NCBI GenBank assembly: GCA_965248265.1
Contig: CBDFJF010000002.1
Coordinates: forward strand, 704,001 to 768,000
Length of the DNA stretch: 64,000 nucleotides
DNA from: Candidatus Latescibacterota bacterium
GTDB taxonomy: Bacteria > Latescibacterota > UBA2968 > UBA8231
Reading direction: 5' to 3'
The notes beneath the pieces were generated by a model. It was not told where the DNA came from, made no database searches, and saw only the letters and a list, made by a program, of their open reading frames with translations. Both the position numbers and the translations under genes were made by a program. Position 1 is the stretch's first letter. Every line of letters starts with the position of its first letter. Shown one piece after another: positions 46,455-56,071 of the stretch.

Positions 46455-46725
46455 CTATTGCTCTCCTGTCATTCAGTATTGTGTGCCGGTTTTACGCAAC
46501 CCCGGCGCTCCGTGTCGTTCTCCGAAACTCCATGTCGCCATCTTCGATAACCGACTCAGTACATGTAGTAGGAAGCAGCTAAGGATACCGAAAGGGTTGC
46601 CCCCCTTCAAGTAGGAGTGTGATACATGAGTCAGAGGACTATACCGACTGCTGGACGCAGCATATCGCTCAGAGGTATCCGGCGTTGAAGAATGGGTAGC
46701 ACTACTGGGATAGGACGCGAATATC

Positions 46726-46752
46726 GCAAGAATTTGTCAGAGTGACCGATAT
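46726..46752 (+). promoter_or_regulatory. Possible sigma28-type promoter upstream of fliG (GCAAGAAT-N11-ACCGATAT)
   Basis: CCGATA -10 core and xCAAG -35 at sigma28 spacing; partial match only. Confidence 0.4.
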
Positions 46753-46806
46753 ACCGAATAGACAGAACCGGATCAGGCCGTTTATTCCGAGCAAGGGACG
46801 CGTACG

Positions 46807-47862
46807 ATGCAGGAGTCCGCGGGTCGCGAGACCGAAGAGTTGGGCGTTGGAGGCGACAAGGAGCCGGGTGAGGAGATCCCCGTCTACCAGAGGGTCGCCA
46901 TCATCATGGTCGCTCTGGGTGAAGAAGCCTCTGGACAGGTGATGAAATACCTGTCCGACTTCGAGATCGAGGAGATCACCCAGGCTATCGCCGACACCAA
47001 GAACGTGACCCCGCAAATCATGGATCTGGTGCTGGAAGACTTCGAGCAGCACCTGATGGCCGGCCATTACATCAGCCAGGGTGGTGTCGATTTCGCGCGC
47101 GACGTGCTCGAACGGGCTGTCGGTGCGCGTAAGGCGCAGGAAATACTGGAACGCGTCAACACCCGGGCTTCGTCCGGCTTCTACATCCTCAAGAACGTGG
47201 CGGCGCAGCAGATCGCGCCGTTCATCTCCAACGAGCATCCGCAGACGATAGGCCTGATTCTTTCGCAATTAGATCCTGACCAGGCGGCCGGGATTCTCTC
47301 ACAGTTGCCCGAGCGCATGCAATCGGAGGTCGCTTACCGCATCGCGACCATGGAGAACATCACTCCCAATGTGCTGGAGCAGATCGAGGAGAGCCTGGAG
47401 GCATCGTTGCGCGACATGCTCACAGGCAACCAGGACGTCGGGGGCCCTAAGGTCGTCGCCGACATCCTCAACCTGACCGGATCCAGTGTGGAGAAGAATG
47501 TGCTGGAGCAGATGGATGGGACGGATCCCGAGGTAGCAGAAGAGGTGCGCAATCTCATGTTCGTGTTCGCCGATCTCGTGAAACTGACCGACAAGGAGCT
47601 CCAGGTGCTGATGCGGGAAGTGGAGCAGAAAGACCTCGTCGTTGCCCTGAAGGCGGCCGACCAGGACCTCAAGGACAAGGTGCTGTCGAACATGTCCGAG
47701 CGGGTACGCAGCTTCATCGAGGAAGAGATGGAGTTTCTCGGCCCCATGCGCTTGAGCGAAGTCGAGGAGATTCAACTGCGGGTCGTGCAGCAGGCCAGAC
47801 AGCTGGAAGACCAGGGTCAGATTACGATAACCCGCGGGGACGCCAGCGAAGAGTTCGTCTAA
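46807..47862 (+). CDS. fliG: Flagellar motor switch protein FliG (orphan)
   Basis: AIIMVALGEE, GG..FA..VL, EHPQT, GG...VA.ILN, MFVF.DL, ALK.A, NMS.R, GPMRLSEVE. Confidence 0.93.
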   Translation: MQESAGRETEELGVGGDKEPGEEIPVYQRVAIIMVALGEEASGQVMKYLSDFEIEEITQAIADTKNVTPQIMDLVLEDFEQHLMAGHYISQGGVDFARDVLERAVGARKAQEILERVNTRASSGFYILKNVAAQQIAPFISNEHPQTIGLILSQLDPDQAAGILSQLPERMQSEVAYRIATMENITPNVLEQIEESLEASLRDMLTGNQDVGGPKVVADILNLTGSSVEKNVLEQMDGTDPEVAEEVRNLMFVFADLVKLTDKELQVLMREVEQKDLVVALKAADQDLKDKVLSNMSERVRSFIEEEMEFLGPMRLSEVEEIQLRVVQQARQLEDQGQITITRGDASEEFV

Positions 47863-47905
47863 TCGGACAGCAGGCCCAGCCTGCTCAACATCACCATCAC
47901 CATAC

Positions 47906-47939
47906 AGCCGTCCTCGTGGGAGAGAGGAACGGCTTTTTT
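47906..47939 (+). terminator. Intrinsic terminator after fliG
   Basis: AGCCGT-CCTC...GAGG-A-ACGGCT hairpin followed by TTTTT. Confidence 0.65.
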
Positions 47940-48028
47940 GTGTACATTCGCCTCCTCATCGAGGCATCGAATCCACTGTTTCTTCTCGAACGCAGAACCC
48001 AAGCGTCACCATGTTCGATGGAGCGCAC

Positions 48029-49036
48029 ATGAGCACGAAGTTGCCCGACCTGTTGGCGATGCAACCTTACCTGAGAGAAATGGTATGGGGTGGGCGCCGT
48101 CTCGGGGAGCTGTTTGGCAAGGACTTGCCGGACGCACGGCCGATCGGTGAATCGTGGGAGGTTTCCGCCTATCCCAACTGTGAGAGCCGGGTCCGCGGTG
48201 GTGCTCTCGACGGTCGATCGATCAGCAGTCTGCTGGCCGAGTACGGACCCGAGTTGATCGGCACAGCGCCCTGGGAGCGCTACGGGGGTGCTTTTCCCCT
48301 GTTGATCAAGCTCATCGACGCCAATGCCGATTTGTCGATTCAAGTACACCCGGATGACGACTATGCGACGAATAATGGACTAGCCGACTCGGGCAAGTCC
48401 GAGGCCTGGTACGTCCTTGAGGAGGGCAGTGGCCGTGCATGCCTGGGTCTCAAGGAGGGCGTCGGGCGCGCGGAATTGGCCGAGGCGATCAGGGCAGGGA
48501 CCGTCCTGGATGTGGTCGAGTTTCGCCAGCTGCAACCAGGCGACTGCCTGGACGTGCGGCCGGGCACCGTTCACGCCAGCTGCAAGGGGTTGCTGATTTA
48601 CGAAGTGCAGCAACCGAGCGACCTGACTTTCCGTATCTACGACTACGACCGCCTGGGATTGGATGGCAACAAGCGCGAGCTCCACATCGACCAGTCTCTG
48701 GAGGTGATCGATTTCAGCGGCCATTCGCACACTTTCATTGCCGCTGCGGTCGGCAACCCGGTTGTCCGCTCCCTAGTCGATGGTGATCACTTCAAACTCG
48801 TTCACCATACAGTATCCGGATCAATCACGCACTCCAGCGGTCTTACCTGTAGCGCGCTGACGGCGATCAAGGGGAGTGGGCACATCAGCGCTACCGACAT
48901 CGAGCTCGAGTGGGCGGCCGGCGATACCGTGCTGATTCCCCCGCGGTGCACGATATCCGTGACGACACGAGATGTGCAACCCGGACAGCGGCTTGAATTT
49001 TTGGAAGCGCTCCCGGCTTCCGCTGACCAGGCATGA
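48029..49036 (+). CDS. manA: Class I mannose-6-phosphate isomerase
   Basis: VWGG..L, IGESWEVS, FPLLIKLIDA...LSIQVHPDD, K.EAWY, GTVHA, EVQQ.SD.T.R.YD.DR. Confidence 0.92.
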   Translation: MSTKLPDLLAMQPYLREMVWGGRRLGELFGKDLPDARPIGESWEVSAYPNCESRVRGGALDGRSISSLLAEYGPELIGTAPWERYGGAFPLLIKLIDANADLSIQVHPDDDYATNNGLADSGKSEAWYVLEEGSGRACLGLKEGVGRAELAEAIRAGTVLDVVEFRQLQPGDCLDVRPGTVHASCKGLLIYEVQQPSDLTFRIYDYDRLGLDGNKRELHIDQSLEVIDFSGHSHTFIAAAVGNPVVRSLVDGDHFKLVHHTVSGSITHSSGLTCSALTAIKGSGHISATDIELEWAAGDTVLIPPRCTISVTTRDVQPGQRLEFLEALPASADQA

Positions 49037-49044
49037 GGTAACCC

Positions 49045-50121
49045 ATGAAGTACGTGATCAGGGCCGGCGGGGTCGGCACTAGGTTATGGCCATACAGCAG
49101 GTCGTCGAAACCGAAGCAGTTTCACGCGATGTCCGGCCCCCGGTCGATGATCCAGGACGCCGTTGGGCGAATCGCACCAATCGCCTCCACGGAGGACATC
49201 TACGTGTCGACGGCAGCGGCTTTGCAGGATCTGGTCCACGAACATTTACCAGAATTACCCCCAGACCACGTCATACTGGAACCGGCCTTGCGCAATACCG
49301 GTCCCGCCGTGGGCCTGGAGTGTGCCCTTCTCGAAGCGCGCTACCCTGGCTGCACGATTGCGAGCCTGGGTTCCGATCACCTGGTAGGCCGTCCGCAGGA
49401 GTTCTGCCGACTGTTGAGCGTGGCCGAACAGGCTGTCGACGAGCACCCTGATTACCTGTTTACGATTGGAGTGAAGCCGACGAGGCTGGAAACTGGTTAC
49501 GGGTATATCCGCAAGGGGGAGACGCTGTGCACGACGGACGGGGAAGCGGTATTCACGGCCGTTGAGTTTACTGAGAAACCAGATGAGCCAACCGCGCGCA
49601 AGTACCTGGACAGCGGTGATTTTCTGTGGAACACGAACATGTTCGTGTGGAAGGCGAGCACGGTACTGGACCTGTTCGCTCGCTTCGAACCGGACACGCA
49701 CAACGGCTTGATGCAGATCGCGGACGCCGTGGGCAGCGCCCGGGAAGGGGAGGTCATCGAAGCCGTGTACCCGGCTCTAACCTCGATGGCCATCGACAAC
49801 GCCATCATCGAGCCGGCGCCTCACGTGGCGACACTGGAGGGGAACCTGGACTGGGGCGACATCGGCAGTTGGGCGGCACTGACGGACGTGCTGCGGGCGG
49901 ATGATGACGGCAACCTGTTTGACGGTGATGTTGTGGCTCTGGACGCACGGAATACGACCGCCTACGGCCACCGTGAAAAGCTGCTGGCGCTGATCGGTGT
50001 GGAGGATCTCGTCATCGTTGATACGGACGATGTGCTGCTGGTATGCCGCAAGGAAGATGCCCAGCGGGTCAAGGAACTAGTTGATTACCTCCAGAACGAG
50101 CGCGGAAACAAATACACATGA
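49045..50121 (+). CDS. manC: Mannose-1-phosphate guanylyltransferase
   Basis: AGGVGTRLWP.SR...PKQF, EP..RNT.PA, SDH, ETGYGYI, F.EKP, WGDIGSW. Confidence 0.93.
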   Translation: MKYVIRAGGVGTRLWPYSRSSKPKQFHAMSGPRSMIQDAVGRIAPIASTEDIYVSTAAALQDLVHEHLPELPPDHVILEPALRNTGPAVGLECALLEARYPGCTIASLGSDHLVGRPQEFCRLLSVAEQAVDEHPDYLFTIGVKPTRLETGYGYIRKGETLCTTDGEAVFTAVEFTEKPDEPTARKYLDSGDFLWNTNMFVWKASTVLDLFARFEPDTHNGLMQIADAVGSAREGEVIEAVYPALTSMAIDNAIIEPAPHVATLEGNLDWGDIGSWAALTDVLRADDDGNLFDGDVVALDARNTTAYGHREKLLALIGVEDLVIVDTDDVLLVCRKEDAQRVKELVDYLQNERGNKYT

Positions 50122-50280
50122 GGGCGCCGACGGGCCATCCTGGTCCTGTTTTTCCGCCCGGCAGGAATCTTCGACTTCCATCCATCCAGTCGTTTCCCGG
50201 TAGTTTGGTGATTTGGATCACCATCTCTACTACATCTTGTGGGCAGCTTTACCTGAGCCACTAGAAACCACGCCTAAGTA

Positions 50281-50307
50281 TAAAGTTTGCATTGGTTTAA
50301 CCGATAC
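50281..50307 (+). promoter_or_regulatory. Sigma28 (FliA/WhiG)-like promoter TAAAGTTT-N11-ACCGATAC
   Basis: Exact TAAAGTTT -35, exact 11-bp spacer and 6/8 match to GCCGATAA, about 45 bp upstream of a three-gene operon. Confidence 0.7.
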
Positions 50308-50350
50308 TACTGAGGCGGGCAGAGATGGATCTGTGCCCCGCTGAGACCGT

Positions 50351-51109
50351 GTGGCAGGTGATGATAAGTCAATGACGAACGTTATCGGTGTTATCGGGGT
50401 TCTCTGTGTTGTCTGGGGTCTATTCGGTGTATTCCAATACCCCGCCAAGGAGAGCATTCGCGACAAGCAACCTTCGGTTCAGCAACCGACAGAACCGCAG
50501 CGCTCCAAGGTCCCGATCAATCCCCGCAGCCTGGCGACTGACAGCCACGAGCAACCACCGAAGCAGGAGAGCATTGCGGAGGTTTCCTACTACCCGCTAG
50601 AGGTCGGCCGGTACTGGGTGTATGAATACGAGGATGAGGCGAATAAGGCGACAGTGGAAATTGTGCGTACGATCAACGGCCGCGAACGCAGGGACGGCAA
50701 GGAACTGTTCTTTTTTGATGACGGCACGGTCGCCTATACAGACGATGGCAAGGTGTTCGAGATGGGCGCGGAAGGTGGAGTCAATGTCATACCCGTGGAT
50801 GCGGATAGCACGCCAACGCCATACGTCTATACCTCCGAAGACATGCTGATCCACAAGGAAGTCGGTGCGCGGGACACCTCGGTGGTGTTGGGAGGGCAGC
50901 GGTTCACCGGCTGTCTGGAAATCATTACGAAGTTTGAATCGGCAAGAACCGACGACCGACGCAGGGCGATCTCATACTCGTCGTTTTACGCGCCCCACAT
51001 CGGCCTGGTGGGTCGCGAAGGATGGCCGGAGCGGGACATGTCGCTGGTCCTTACCAGGCATGGATCCAGGCAACCCGGGCTTTCCACACCAATTTCCAAG
51101 GCTCTGTAA
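50351..51109 (+). CDS. Hypothetical membrane-anchored/exported protein
   Basis: N-terminal TM; YYPL..G..W.Y and G..F..C...YAP..GLV motifs typical of beta-rich exported (DUF3108-like) proteins. Confidence 0.65.
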   Translation: MAGDDKSMTNVIGVIGVLCVVWGLFGVFQYPAKESIRDKQPSVQQPTEPQRSKVPINPRSLATDSHEQPPKQESIAEVSYYPLEVGRYWVYEYEDEANKATVEIVRTINGRERRDGKELFFFDDGTVAYTDDGKVFEMGAEGGVNVIPVDADSTPTPYVYTSEDMLIHKEVGARDTSVVLGGQRFTGCLEIITKFESARTDDRRRAISYSSFYAPHIGLVGREGWPERDMSLVLTRHGSRQPGLSTPISKAL

Positions 51110-52273
51110 GTGATGAGGCAGAAAACAGGATCTCTCAAGCAGTACATGGCAACATGGTGGGTGAGTGTGGCCTGTTGTGGAGTGCTCCCATCCATCTGCA
51201 ACGCCGACGGTCACGAGGCAGCTGCCCCGAACGTGGAAGACTCCATGATGATGGAGTCCACAGCCGTCACCGCGATGACGACGGTTGTCGAGGTTTCAGG
51301 ACCGGAGGTTACGCTCGGAGCGGGCAGCCAACACGGCATGGTCATGGCAGCCGAGGTGACGTTGCTGCGCGAAGGGGAGCCGATCGTTCATCCCTTGACC
51401 GGTCAGATTCTCGGCGTTCCCCAGGAGCCCGTGGGGTTGGTGCATGTTTTTGAGGTACAGGAACAAACCGCAAAGGCCCGGCTCGTGAAGGCCTACTCCG
51501 AACCCATGGTCGATGATCTGGCAGAGTACATGCAGGTCATGGTGGAAGCGCCCGAACCCGACGTCAAGGACGTCGTCGATGAGTTTGCGCAGCGGGTGAA
51601 GGAATTGGAGTCCAGCGTTCAGGATTATGAGAAGGCAAACGAGACCCTGACCAAGTCGTATCCGGCTTTCGCTCGTCGCATCTGGGATGAGATCTCAGCC
51701 ATGCGCTCGTACATGGTTTCCCTCGACGAACGTCTGGTTGAGCTCGAGGAGCAGCAGAGCGAAGACCACACGAGGTTGGCGTCGGTGATGACCGGTGAGT
51801 ATCGCCCGGAGGATCTGAAGGAATTCACCATCAAGTACACGCCGGATACACAAATCAAGCTGCAGGCATCGGGCAAAACACTACTGATCAGCGTGGTCAA
51901 CGACAGCGTGCGCATTGACAGCCCGCCGATGGGGATGCACGACGAGACCATGACGGATATCAGGATGCCACCCGAAATGGACGACGACGGGGACGGCATC
52001 ATGGCTGCCATCGCATCGTGGTTCGGCGGCAGCGGTGAGGGTGACGTAGATGAGGTCGTCGCCATGGGTGAGGATGAAGACGAGGGTGAAGCAGGTGGCG
52101 ACAGCGATTTCTGGCTTTGGGCGGCAGCAGGCGGGCTCCTGGTTGCCCTGCTCATAATGGCCATTCTGATCATCAAACGACGCTACAAAGACGTGATGGA
52201 CGGCTTGGACGAATTCGACGACGAGTACCTCGACGACGAAGACAGTGAAGAAGATGATGAAGAAGAGTACTAA
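51110..52273 (+). CDS. Hypothetical envelope protein: FlgT C-terminal-like domain, coiled coil, C-terminal TM and acidic tail
   Basis: V..V.G..V.L.AG...G......LLREGEPI.HP.TG.ILG.....VG...V.EV pattern; heptad region; TM FWLWAAAGGLLVALLIMAILII; D/E-rich tail. Confidence 0.6.
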   Translation: MMRQKTGSLKQYMATWWVSVACCGVLPSICNADGHEAAAPNVEDSMMMESTAVTAMTTVVEVSGPEVTLGAGSQHGMVMAAEVTLLREGEPIVHPLTGQILGVPQEPVGLVHVFEVQEQTAKARLVKAYSEPMVDDLAEYMQVMVEAPEPDVKDVVDEFAQRVKELESSVQDYEKANETLTKSYPAFARRIWDEISAMRSYMVSLDERLVELEEQQSEDHTRLASVMTGEYRPEDLKEFTIKYTPDTQIKLQASGKTLLISVVNDSVRIDSPPMGMHDETMTDIRMPPEMDDDGDGIMAAIASWFGGSGEGDVDEVVAMGEDEDEGEAGGDSDFWLWAAAGGLLVALLIMAILIIKRRYKDVMDGLDEFDDEYLDDEDSEEDDEEEY

Positions 52274-53189
52274 ACTCACAAGCAGATTGATCCTCAGCGC
52301 CCTGCTGCTTGCGGTCGGCGCGAGCACATCGAGGGTAGAGGCATCGGAAGGTGTGGTCGCCGATCTGCTGTACGTGATAAAGACGACGCCCGCACTGGTT
52401 TACCTGGACGCCGGGGCCCTGGAGGGCATGAGTGTTGGGGACGAGTATCTCCTGTTGCGCGAAAACGGAAAGGCTCGCTTCATGCAGGTTGGCGAGGCCA
52501 GGGTTGTCCGGGTTTCGGAAGAGTTCTCCATAGCCGAATTGCTGTCAGTGGAGACCGGGTACGAGATCGAGGTGCTGGACCAGGCAATCTCGGTGAAGGA
52601 TTGGCATGCGCTGGCAGATGAAGCGCGTGCAGCTGGAATCGAACCCTTGATCAGTAGACCGCGACAGATGAAGGATTCCTGGGACTATCCACGCACGTCC
52701 CTTCACATTCTGGGCGGAGCCGAATTCGGGCGCAACACCAGTCTGGTGTGGGACCAGAACTTCCTGATGGGCGCCAAGGACATTACGGATGCCGGCATCG
52801 GGCTGAGACTGGGCAAGGTGCTGGGGAGGCGCTGGAAGCTGAATTTTACCTGGCGTCTGGCGGGCAAGCCGCTTGGGTTGGAAGACGCTGACGTCACTGA
52901 GATGTCCCTATCCGTGGACACCCACCTGCTCTTGCGCGGCAACGATCGCACGACGCCCTACCTGGGGGTCGGAGTTGGCGGCCATCGGCTGACATGGGAC
53001 GCAGCCAAGCCAAACAAAGACTCGACGACGAAGGGGGGCCTCAATTTCATCGCAGGCCTGCACAAACCGGTCTCCGATGGCTTGAGTAGTCTCGTCCTGG
53101 AGACTGGATACCTGCGAGTCGCGAAATTCGACGACGTCATAGATCCCAGCAATATTCGCCTGTACGTCGGCCTCGGCAGGAATTTCTGA
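52245..53189 (+). CDS. Hypothetical outer-membrane protein: FlgT C-terminal-like domain plus small beta-barrel
   Basis: Signal peptide, VYLDAG..EG..VGD.....R......VG...VVRV...SIA, TPYLGVGVG, and a terminal beta-signal LYVGLGRNF. Confidence 0.65.
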   Translation: MKKMMKKSTKLTSRLILSALLLAVGASTSRVEASEGVVADLLYVIKTTPALVYLDAGALEGMSVGDEYLLLRENGKARFMQVGEARVVRVSEEFSIAELLSVETGYEIEVLDQAISVKDWHALADEARAAGIEPLISRPRQMKDSWDYPRTSLHILGGAEFGRNTSLVWDQNFLMGAKDITDAGIGLRLGKVLGRRWKLNFTWRLAGKPLGLEDADVTEMSLSVDTHLLLRGNDRTTPYLGVGVGGHRLTWDAAKPNKDSTTKGGLNFIAGLHKPVSDGLSSLVLETGYLRVAKFDDVIDPSNIRLYVGLGRNF

Positions 53190-53212
53190 AGAAAACGGGA
53201 CCGTTAAATTAG

Positions 53213-53243
53213 AACCGGCCGCTTATCGCGGTCGGTTTTTTTT
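53213..53243 (+). terminator. Intrinsic terminator
   Basis: AACCGGCCGC-TTATC-GCGGTCGGTT followed by a T-run. Confidence 0.8.
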
Positions 53244-53246
53244 GGG

Positions 53247-54233
53247 CTACTCCTCAACGGCCGCTTTCTGTTTGCCGCTGACGCGCGAAACCCAGATGCT
53301 GATCTCATAGAGAACGAGCAGAGGCAAAGCCATAAGCAGCTGTGAGATCGGGTCAGGGGGGGTGAAAATGGCCGCCATCAGGAAGATGGCGACGACAGCA
53401 TAGCGACGAATGCGGCGCAGGTACTCGGGCGTCAGAAGACCTACACGCGAGAGAAACAAACTCACGACCGGCATCTCGAAGACGATGCCGAAACCGAGAA
53501 TCAGTTTCAACACGAGGCTGATGTATTCGGTGACCGCCCACTGCGAAGTCATCCCCTGCGGCTCCAAGCCCAGGAAGAACCGCAATCCCAGGGGCAGGAC
53601 GATCCAATAGGCGATGAGGGTACCCACCAGAAAACATATGACGCTGAGGCCGATCACAGGCAGGAACACGCGGGCTTCGCCCGTCAGCAGACCAGGCGCG
53701 ACAAACTTCCAAAATTGATAGAACACGAGTGGCAACGCCAGCACCAGACCTCCCAGCAGAGCAATCTGAATCTGCACGAAGAAATAGGTCATCGGCTTGA
53801 TGGCCTGCAGCTGCCGCGATATGGGCAGCGGTGCATCCGGATCAACGACAGCGCTCAGAGACGGTTGTGCGGAAGCGCCGAGCCATCGCTCCACAAGTGC
53901 CGAAATCGCCTCCACAGGTCCGGTGTCGCCAGCACGTAGCATGCTGCGCACTGAATCCTCGTAGGGATGAGTGAGGATCCTCAGCAGCTGATCGGAGATG
54001 GTGAAGGCGATGATGGCGCCGACGAGGATAGCGCCCAGGGCTTTGAGTATGCGCCAACGCAACTCCTCGAGATGATCCAGGAACGGCATCTCGTTCCCCC
54101 CGGATGCATCCAGCTCCGCATTCTCATCGGATGGGGCCACTTCGGCGCTCGAGGCGCCGGTGTCACCCGCAGTCTGGTCGTCGTCCGACGCCGTGTGGTC
54201 GTCCGACGCCGTGTGGTCGTCCTGTTCCGTCAT
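53247..54233 (-). CDS. tatC: Twin-arginine translocase subunit TatC
   Basis: MPFLDHLEELR.RI, YQ.W.FVAPGL, FG..FE.P, FTPPD..SQ...A.P...LYE.SI. Confidence 0.96.
   Translation of the reverse strand: MTEQDDHTASDDHTASDDDQTAGDTGASSAEVAPSDENAELDASGGNEMPFLDHLEELRWRILKALGAILVGAIIAFTISDQLLRILTHPYEDSVRSMLRAGDTGPVEAISALVERWLGASAQPSLSAVVDPDAPLPISRQLQAIKPMTYFFVQIQIALLGGLVLALPLVFYQFWKFVAPGLLTGEARVFLPVIGLSVICFLVGTLIAYWIVLPLGLRFFLGLEPQGMTSQWAVTEYISLVLKLILGFGIVFEMPVVSLFLSRVGLLTPEYLRRIRRYAVVAIFLMAAIFTPPDPISQLLMALPLLVLYEISIWVSRVSGKQKAAVEE
54180..54222 (-). repeat. 18-bp tandem repeat (~2.4 copies) encoding DDHTAS-DDHTAS-DD in the TatC N-terminal tail
   Basis: GTCGTCCGACGCCGTGTG x2 + GTCGTCC on the plus strand. 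Confidence 0.85.
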
Positions 54234-54270
54234 GGATCCTCGGCATAATGCGAAGCAGATTTTTTCGTCG

Positions 54271-55857
54271 TCAAAACTTATTCCGGCTTCTGATGGCGAG
54301 CAAGAAAAGGAACGCGGCTGTCACTACCATATTCAGCTGCGCGAACCAATCGCCGTGGCGGGTGTAGAAAGTGGAGATTCGTGAGCGGGGGAGTTCGCGT
54401 AGGGCCACGGCCTCGGTGAAAATGGGTGTGCGATCGAAGGTCCGTCCATACGGATCGACGAACAGGGAGACTCCACTCGTGGCACAACGGGCGATCGCCC
54501 GGCGATTCTCGACAGCCCGCATGGCGGTCAGCTGCGCGTGCTGGTATGGGCCCGCCGTACGTCCGAACCAGGAATCGTTGGTGATGTTGACGAGGAGTTC
54601 GGCACCCTCCAAAACGCTGCGCCTGACGAAATCGGGAAACACTGATTCGAAGCAGATCAGCGCGGAGAATGACGCTCCCGAGCCGGGTAGCTCGAAGAGG
54701 GTGCGATTGCGTCCACGGGCGAACTCAGCTGGCCCGAGGTCTCCGGTCAGGGCGGTCCAATCGATGTCCCTGAGGAAGGGGATGGAGTCGCGAAACGGCG
54801 TGCGCTCCCCAAACGGCACGAGGTGCATTTTCGCGTACGCCACGGGAGGGCTGTCACCGTCAGGCAGCAGGAAGGCGGCGTTGTAGGGCTCTCTCGTGCT
54901 CAATTCAACGTCGGACGCGCCTGTCAGGATCGGCGTCTCCAGGGTCTCCACCAGCTTCCGCATACGCGATTGGCACTCAGGCCGGAGGGTCAGATAGCAC
55001 GGCAGCGCCGTCTCCGGCCAGACGATCAAATCAGGCTGATCCGAATGTTTGGTCACGATCGCAGTCGACAATCTTTCCAGGCTCTCGAAGCTCTTCTCCA
55101 AACCATTCGGGCCCCACTTGGACAGGCCCAGGTTATTCTGGACGAGCCCCACGATCACGGTGTCACCTTTTTGCGCCTGGTCCGCATCGGAGAGTACGGC
55201 CCATCCATACAGCAGAGGTCCACACAAGACGGCAAGTGACGCCGCTGCCCAACGCCGGCGTGTACCGGACTCGTCATGGTCCTCCAGCAGACTGGCCAGC
55301 AGCACATTGACCGCGACGATCCAAAACGAAACTCCGTACACGCCGGTGAACTCCGCGTACTGAATCGCCACGGGAGATCCCCCCTGGCTGTGACCGAGCA
55401 GCAGCCACGGGAATCCCAGCTCGCCCAGAGACAGGGCGTACTCCGATGCCGTCCACAACGCCGGGGCAGCCGTCAGAGCGCGGAAGCCCCAGTTGTGCAT
55501 CATCACCGCCAGTAGGAGCGTACACACTCCCCAATACAAACCCAGGTATGCGGCCATCAACGCGGTCCCGGCGACGACTGCAGGTCCGCCGCCTTGGGTG
55601 AACGCGACCCAGTAGAGACAAACAAGATTGAAGACGAAGCCCGCCTGCCAACCCGAACGAAAGGCCTGGCCGCGAGAGCTACGGAGCAGGGTTCCGAAAA
55701 GCGGAACCAGAGCGACAAACGCCCAGGGAGCTGCGAACATGAAGGCGAAGGAATGATCCGGCCTGGTCGGGAAGGCCAACGCCATGAGCAGACCACTCAA
55801 TGCGGCGAACGCCGTCCTGAGTCGGCTACTGTGCTCGATCGGAGATAATCGGTGCAT
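54271..55857 (-). CDS. lnt: Apolipoprotein N-acyltransferase
   Basis: GFPW..LG.SQ, VWPETA, Y.K.HLVPFGE, ICFES.F, ITNDSWFG, RAVENRR. Confidence 0.96.
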   Translation of the reverse strand: MHRLSPIEHSSRLRTAFAALSGLLMALAFPTRPDHSFAFMFAAPWAFVALVPLFGTLLRSSRGQAFRSGWQAGFVFNLVCLYWVAFTQGGGPAVVAGTALMAAYLGLYWGVCTLLLAVMMHNWGFRALTAAPALWTASEYALSLGELGFPWLLLGHSQGGSPVAIQYAEFTGVYGVSFWIVAVNVLLASLLEDHDESGTRRRWAAASLAVLCGPLLYGWAVLSDADQAQKGDTVIVGLVQNNLGLSKWGPNGLEKSFESLERLSTAIVTKHSDQPDLIVWPETALPCYLTLRPECQSRMRKLVETLETPILTGASDVELSTREPYNAAFLLPDGDSPPVAYAKMHLVPFGERTPFRDSIPFLRDIDWTALTGDLGPAEFARGRNRTLFELPGSGASFSALICFESVFPDFVRRSVLEGAELLVNITNDSWFGRTAGPYQHAQLTAMRAVENRRAIARCATSGVSLFVDPYGRTFDRTPIFTEAVALRELPRSRISTFYTRHGDWFAQLNMVVTAAFLFLLAIRSRNKF

Positions 55858-56071
55858 GGTCAGAGGTTACATTGGAGCGAGCCCGAGGCAAAGGGAGGCG
55901 GCGGTGTGTATGGTACGGATTGTGCTCGAACACGGCTACTCAGTGAAGTCTTCAGTGAGATTGTGAGACGTCATGTCGGCGACCGTGTATTCCCAAGATC
56001 ACATTTGTGGTCTTCAGGTAACACTCGGACCGACCTGGCAGCGACGACGAGAATAGTTGTGGAGGACGGAG

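Noticed and set aside
45459-46550. Long alternative ORFs (e.g. 45459-46550 +, 34103-35233 +, 22222-23238 +, 25804-26832 +, 35190-36041 +, 8396-9184 +)
   Set aside because: Antisense or off-frame shadows of well-supported genes, expected at high GC, with no recognisable motifs.
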